The notes under the pieces were generated by a model. The model searched no databases and was not told where the DNA came from. It saw only the letters and a list, made by a program, of their open reading frames with translations. This document shows, piece by piece, positions 8,581 through 15,018 of a DNA stretch of 15,018 nt; positions within the stretch are counted from its first letter, which is position 1, and each line of letters starts with the position of its first letter. The stretch covers positions 1 to 15,018 of the forward strand of contig NW_021825843.1 of assembly GCF_006345805.1 (NCBI RefSeq). Reading direction: 5' to 3'. The translations under genes were made by a program, and so were the position numbers. This stretch comes from Octopus sinensis. Its lineage: Eukaryota.

Positions 8581-9279
8581 ACGCAAACGCATTCGATTTG
8601 TCGACACGCTAACAGCTATTACCTCAAACGATTGCTAAATCGATTCGTTACGATTTCCACAACGTGCAAACCACTCCAGTTATCGCTTCGTCTATCTTCA
8701 CCAGGAATTAATTGAGAGAAAATAAACGTAAATTCAAAGTACATACAATAAAACAATCGCTGATCTCAAGCGAAATTGAATACTAGAAGAAGCTTTAGAA
8801 TTCGTTGCAAATGGCTGCTAATGAGGTAACTATAATGGTTTCACGCATCTAATGAGGCAACATTAATCAGGCGAAGTACTTGTGGAATAATGAACTTTGG
8901 TATCAATTCTGTAAAATATCTGCAGTATGATATTATAGCTTGGGGGCGGTTAAGACTTGTACGCGTGTTATTATGTTACAGTGAACCATAACCGGTGAAG
9001 AGTTCAAGATGGCGGCGTATAACATCAGACGAGAAATGGAAACAAAGAGAGCAGACGATATGTTTCTTAATGGAAGGATGAATGGGTGAAAGGCCCAGGT
9101 GTACTGGTGCGTATTATCCGATTAAGAGATAGTTCATGTTAACCTGTTGCTACCGGAAGGTGGAGGATGAGTGAGATTCTGAATGGTTATGTGCGCACGC
9201 GTGAATTTGCTTGTATGTGCATGCGGGTTTGCATGTGTGATTCCACGTATGTATAAATGTAACAGTAAAGTGTATATAT

Positions 9280-9411
9280 GTGCATGTGCCTTTACAAACA
9301 TATATGCATGTATGTATATAAGCAAGTATATGGATATACGTTCATGTGTATATATGTATCTATATATACATGTAAACAGATATATATATTATATATATAT
9401 ATATTATATAT

Positions 9412-9443
<32 letters not shown>

Positions 9444-9584
9444 CACACACACACACATATATATATATATGTATATATATATATGTATATGTTATGCATA
9501 TAATTAAATCTATGTATATACATATCTGTAGATGGCTTTACATTCGTATATAGGTGCATATATTTACATGTATATGTATGGGTG

Positions 9585-9622
<38 letters not shown>

Positions 9623-9665
9623 CATATGTATATGTATGCGAATATATATGCGTTTGCATATATGC
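9280..9665. repeat. Degenerate (TA)n/(TG)n/(CA)n mosaic
   Basis: Direct reading. Confidence 0.85.
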
Positions 9666-10126
9666 ATAAATTGATAAAAATTAACCAAGATAATAAGAGT
9701 GAGATTTTGAGAGGAATAGGAGACAAACAAACAAACAAACAAATGAAACTTCGAGTCAGAGAAAAAAGGCACATGACTGTAAAAAGCGTAGAAATATAAA
9801 GCGAAATGGAAAGAAAATCAAAGAAGTGTACAATGAAAATAAGGTCGTCAAAGGAAAGAAAAGCGAATCTGACGGTTCGGCTGATATACTTTATCAAAAA
9901 AAAAAAAAAGAGAGAAAAATATACAGTATCAAATTGAAGACGTTTATTTACTTTGTGCGTGTCTTTCTTCCCCTCTTTGCTCCCTCTCTCTCTTTCTCCA
10001 CCTTTTCCCTTATCTCTATATATTTATACGAAGGCGTATATGTGTGTGTATTGCATAACATGTTCCTGCGTGTGTATATGTTTTTACCTCGGTTTTCGTG
10101 TTATCGCTTTTCGTCGTATATTTCTT

Positions 10127-10127
<1 letters not shown>

Positions 10128-10168
<41 letters not shown>

Positions 10169-10228
10169 TATATATAATATATATATATATATATAATATA
10201 TATATATGTATATATATATATGTATATA

Positions 10229-10288
<60 letters not shown>

Positions 10289-10510
10289 ATATATATATTA
10301 TATGTATATAGCAACAACAACAATACTAATACACATGTATATATGTAAGTATATATGTATATACATATATATATTATATAAAATCTTATGTGCATATCTG
10401 CTTATCTACTTATCTATCTATCTATTTATGTCTCTTTCTTTCTTTCTTTCTTTCTTTCTCTCCCTCCCTCTCTCTCTCTCTCCACACACACACACATACA
10501 CACATACGTG
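10128..10510. repeat. Long (TA)n followed by (ATCT)n, (TTTC)n, (CT)n and (CA)n
   Basis: Direct reading. Confidence 0.9.
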
Positions 10511-10817
10511 TCCTTTATATATTATATATAAAATATGACATACGCATAGATACACATATTATCAGTTGACGTCATAAGTCACATGACAGAATATAAAATC
10601 GCAATAAGTAGACATGCAATTTCGGTTTTAAATGATAATAGAAATAAAACAAGTAAATATATAAATAAAAGAAAGATAATAATTTATTTTAAAAAAATAG
10701 CGAAAGTAATTAGTAAAAAAATAGTTTATAATAAATGTAATCATTTATGTAAGAATTTTTGTCAGAGAAGAGAAATAGGAGAGATTAACCAACATACAGC
10801 ATGAACAACAGGAAACA

Positions 10818-11124
10818 CAATAATAATAACAATAATAATAATAATATAATAATGATAATGATAATAATGATAATAATAAAAACAACAACAATAATAACAG
10901 CAACAACAACAATAATAATAACAACAACAACAACAGCAATAACAACAACAACAACAACAACAACAATAATAATAATAATAAAAATAATATTAATAATAAT
11001 AATACCAACAATAATAACAGCGGTAATAATAATAATAATAATAATAATAACAATAACAATAATAATAATAATGATGATAATAATAATAATAATAATAACA
11101 ATAACAATAATAATAATAATGATG

Positions 11125-11215
<91 letters not shown>

Positions 11216-11240
11216 CAACAACAACAACAACAACAATAAC

Positions 11241-11278
<38 letters not shown>

Positions 11279-11342
11279 CAGTAACAACAACTGCAATAAT
11301 AATAATAAATTAGAATAAATAATAATAATAATAATAATAATA

Positions 11343-11385
<43 letters not shown>

Positions 11386-11425
11386 CAATAATAATAAATC
11401 ACAACAACAACAAAAGCAATAGCAA
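10818..11425. repeat. ~600-bp (AAT)n/(AAC)n array with an internal 48-bp duplication
   Basis: aacaataacaataataataataatgatgat... recurs at 11049 and 11097. Confidence 0.95.
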
Positions 11426-11925
11426 CATCAACTATACTAATACACATAGTAAACCCGCATAAGACCCAAATAAAGAAAACGAGGAATATTATGGGAAAAA
11501 TCGATATTTTTTTTAACCGAAACTCGAGCTGCTAAAATCTGTTTGGGAGAGATTCCACAAAGGATTGGTGAAATGAATCTGGTAAAAAAAAAGAGAGAGA
11601 GAGAGAAAAAATATTTGTGTAATTCTGCGATTAATATTGATATCTGTCATTGTCACATGACTTAAGATTCGGAGGGGAAAGAAGTGAAGATTATATCGAT
11701 CTCCATTATGCGATCGGTGCGTTATTCTATCGATTTTGGAGGAATGAAAAGGCACAGTTTGGGAGCCATTGACGTAAGAGCTTGGTTGTTCAATGTGTCC
11801 TTGGAATTTTTGGGTAGTGTGGTTTAATGGAGATTTGGCTGGTATTTCTAGCATGTCGAACTGCTACATGGTGGCCTTTTCGTTCATTCATTTTAGAAAT
11901 CTTCTATCGTTTATTTTTTTATTTG

Positions 11926-12100
11926 TCTCAGTTATTAAACTGCGGCCATGCTGGGGCACCGCCTTGAAGAATTTTAACCGAAAGAATTGACCTCAGTACT
12001 TCTTCATCTAAGCCTGATGCCTATTCCATCGGTCGCTGTTACCGAAATGCTAAGTTACGGGGACATACCCACTCAACAGCGGTTGACACAGACACAGACA
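11926..12100 (-). mobile_element. Fragment (probable 3' half) of a second SINE family
   Basis: tgcggccatgctggggcaccgccttgaag...aagcct...ttacggggac followed by (CA)-type repeats; clearly similar to 14346-14580. Orientation and SINE identity rest on recollection of an abundant octopus SINE. No A/B box is present. Confidence 0.65.
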
Positions 12101-12359
12101 CACAGATACACACACACGCACACACACATACATACACACGCACACGCATACATTTGTCAATAGTTTGATAAGTGCAACCACTAAGGCACGTGCCTCCACA
12201 TGCATACATACACACACATATATAAAAAAAGAGAGTGGGGAATATAACGGTACCTTGTTGTACACACGATGCTACTTGAAACCTAAACGTATTGAACTCT
12301 TCACGTTTTCTGGTTGAAACCGGTCTTGTTTTGCCTTCTTGGTTTTTTTAAGGATAAAT

Positions 12360-13055
12360 GATGTTGTCGTTGTTGTAGTTGTTCAAATACTTTGTCGTCG
12401 TCGTCGTCTTCCTCTTCCTCCTCCTCCTCCTCCTTATTCTTCTTCTTCTTCTTCTTCTCTCCCCCTCCTCCTTTTCCGTCTCCTCCTCCTCCTTTTCCGT
12501 CTCCTCCTCCTCCTTTTCTCGTCCTCCTTATCGTCGTTATCGCAATCATCATCGTCATCCGCCTCCACCACCTCCTTCTCCTCCTCCTCCTCCTCCTCCT
12601 CCTCCTCCTCCTCTTTATCGTTGTCGTCATCATCTTCCTCATCCTCCTTTTCCTCTTCCTCTTCTTTATCGTTGTCGTCATCATCTTCCTCATCTTCCTT
12701 TTCCTCCTCCTCCTCCTCCTCCTCCCTCCTTCCACTCTTCCTCCTCCCCTTCCACTCTTCCCCCTCCCCTTCCACTCCTCCACCTCCCCTTCCACTCCTC
12801 CCCTCATCTCCCCTCCTCCTCCTCCCTCTCATCGTTTTATTTGTCGTCGTTATTGTCGCTATTATCCTCATCGTCTTTGTTGTCGTAACGAGTATCATCG
12901 TCCTCAACATGTAATGATCACCGTCACCGCCACGAGCAGCAGCACCATCACTACTGCCATCGAATTCACGTAATTATATTTACAACAACAACAACAACAA
13001 CAACAAAAACAACAACAACAATAATAATAATAATAATGATGATTGATGATGATGA
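12360..13055. repeat. Pyrimidine-rich trinucleotide mosaic (TCC/TTC/TCG/TCA) then (AAC)n(AAT)n(GAT)n
   Basis: Internal duplications: tttatcgttgtcgtcatcatcttcctcatc at 12614 and 12665 (period 51), ~20-bp cccttccactc(t/c)tcc units at 12726-12805, and ctcctcctccttttccgt twice near 12464-12505. Confidence 0.9.
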
Positions 13056-13107
13056 TGTAACCATTTACCTTAGACATCAAAGAAATGTTTACAGTAACTC
13101 TTGTGAG

Positions 13108-13109
<2 letters not shown>

Positions 13110-13147
<38 letters not shown>

Positions 13148-13202
13148 GTTGTTGTTGTTATTATTATTATTATTATTGTTTGTTGTTGTTGTTGTGTTGT
13201 TG

Positions 13203-13234
<32 letters not shown>

Positions 13235-13318
13235 GTTGTTGTTGTTGTTGTTTTATTATTATTATTATTATTATTATTATGTTTGTTTGTGTTATTATTC
13301 TTATTATTATTATTATTA

Positions 13319-13352
<34 letters not shown>
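13110..13352. repeat. (TTA)n/(TTG)n array
   Basis: Direct reading. Confidence 0.9.
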
Positions 13353-13354
<2 letters not shown>

Positions 13355-13589
13355 TTCTCTCAAAGCCTATTGTTAACAGTTGCATTCATTTCTTGCTTTC
13401 GCTGCAGTTGAGTGCAGTGACACGCCACAACAACAACAACAACAGCAACAGAATCAGCCTCAATTTAATTTTCTTCGAGTTGTTAAAAAGATGTTAAAAA
13501 GAAAATGGCGGCTGGAGCGCAAGAAGAAAACGGGAGGGGGAGTAGGAATAAGGAATTAAAGTAAAAAAATAATAATAATGATCAATGCT

Positions 13590-13625
13590 ATGTTACTACT
13601 ACTACTATTGCTGCTGCTGCTGCTG

Positions 13626-13660
<35 letters not shown>

Positions 13661-13885
13661 GGTGCTGCTGCTACCACTACTATTGTTACTACTACTACTA
13701 CTACTACTACTACTGCTGCTTTCGCCAATGCTGATGCTATCGCCACTGCCGCCACCGTCGCAGTCGCTACTGCTGCTACTACTACTACTAGTAAAAATAT
13801 TATTGATGATGGTGATGATAATGATTAGAATAACAACAACAACAACAACAATAACAACCACAACAACAATAACAACACCAACAAC

Positions 13886-13920
<35 letters not shown>

Positions 13921-13962
13921 TAATAACAACAACAACAACAACAGCAACAATAATAATAATAA
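13590..13962. repeat. (CTA)n/(CTG)n then (GAT)/(AAC)n/(AAT)n arrays
   Basis: Direct reading. Confidence 0.9.
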
Positions 13963-14277
13963 CAGGAGCACTTAGAGAGCTCAAACCTCTGTCAAGGCAA
14001 CACAAATGTCCTCTCAATGATTAGCCCAAAATGATTTTAAAAAATGAGAATATCTGAAATAAACTCGACTGCTCTCACAAACGAGAATAACAAAAATGAA
14101 CCCGATCACTCTCAAAAATTAAGTTAAAAAATCAAGGAAAATAATCCAGAATCCTTATCCGGTAACAGATCAATCCCAAAATCTAATCAGCTCGTGCCAG
14201 TCACGAGGCCAATTATCCCTCAAAGTTTTATCCGAATCTATCCAGTGTTCTTGTACATGCTAAGATATGGAAACGTG

Positions 14278-14295
14278 CATACATACATACATACA

Positions 14296-14325
<30 letters not shown>
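14278..14325. repeat. (CATA)n
   Basis: About 11 units. Confidence 0.95.
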
Positions 14326-14327
<2 letters not shown>

Positions 14328-14345
14328 CCTTTTACCTTATACGTA

Positions 14346-14630
14346 TTTCAGTCATTATACAGCGGCCATGCTGTAGCAGTACTTAGCAGAATTTTCTTCA
14401 AACGAATCGACCCCCAGGACTTACTTTTTAAAGGCCTAGTACTTATTCATAGAATAAGTCACTGATTTGTCGAACCGCCAATTTACGGGGATGTAAATTC
14501 ACCAACACTGGCTGTCAAATGGCGGTGGTGGTGGTGGTGGTGGTGGTGGTTGGTGGTGATGGACATACACGGACACAAACACACACATACACACACAAAC
14601 GCATACACGCACACACGCACGCACGCGTAT
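14346..14630 (-). mobile_element. Second fragment of the same SINE family as 11926-12100, with internal (GGT)n and trailing (CA)n
   Basis: tttcagtcattatacagcggccatgctg...cgaatcgacccccaggactt...ggcctagtacttatt...cgaaccgc...ttacggggatgtaaa...caccaacac. Confidence 0.65.
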
Positions 14631-15018
14631 GTATATAATATTGTATTATCGAATGAGTAATCAACGGATTGATTGGGTGATTTTTGACTAAGATATTGGT
14701 TAGTTTATATAATATTTCATCGATTCTTTGATTGTGGCTTTAACTCCGCCTTTATCGCCAGTCCATTAGCTGTTGAAAAGCTCTGATGATACAAACCCAG
14801 CCCGGTCTTCCATTAACCGACCGACGATGTGCCCCGTCTTTAAGCTCGCCGCTACGTTATCATTTTATAGCATCGCTCTTTTCTCAGTGGATCCGTAAAT
14901 TAGCTGCAAAGGTTTTATAGCATAAAGACTACATCGGGTTTATTAAGAGATTTTCGTTCACATCTCTCTTCCATAGTTATTGGTCAATCATACTGTGGTC
15001 GGTTAGGTATTAATAACT

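Noticed and set aside
8826-8856. gtaactataatggt...catctaat, faintly like the LSU rRNA homing-endonuclease/R2 target region
   Set aside because: Only two short words match, the spacing is wrong and there is no flanking rRNA similarity.
13502-13560. aaaATGGCGGC (YY1-like, Kozak-like) opening MAAGAQEENGRGVGIRN*
   Set aside because: 17-codon frame with no convincing donor site, in a tiny island between microsatellites. An isolated motif is insufficient evidence.
10745-14024. Poly-L/I/S/P/E ORFs, including the acidic 12434-12910 and proline-rich 12379-12888 frames
   Set aside because: Trinucleotide-repeat artefacts open in several frames and on both strands at once; no splice or codon evidence.
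14191-14207. ctcgtg-ccagt-cacgag hairpin
   Set aside because: A 6-bp stem is expected by chance in 15 kb.
14876-14915. Polypyrimidine + CAG acceptor-like site (ctcttttctcag)
   Set aside because: No matching consensus donor or meaningful open frame follows.

Overview
AT-rich, microsatellite-saturated eukaryotic (metazoan) genomic DNA. It is most likely cephalopod/octopus, an inference from the SINE types and the abundance of R4/Dong-type LINEs, not from a search. No host protein-coding gene is supportable; nearly all listed ORFs are translations of simple repeats. Main content: (i) a dimeric higher-order tandem repeat built from microsatellites (541-2165); (ii) a full-length tRNA-derived SINE with a 10-bp target-site duplication plus a 5'-half copy; (iii) a ~4.7-kb cluster (3710-8430) of six same-orientation (minus) fragments of R4/Dong-clade, restriction-like-endonuclease (REL) non-LTR retrotransposons separated by (TAA)n-type arrays, including two copies of an internally deleted RT-REL fusion derivative and one 5'-truncated copy with an open CCHC+REL frame; (iv) two fragments of a second SINE-like family; (v) short unique islands carrying clustered TF-like motifs (E-box/CTCF-like, YY1, CRE + MITF/TFE-type, homeodomain), which are only candidate regulatory elements.
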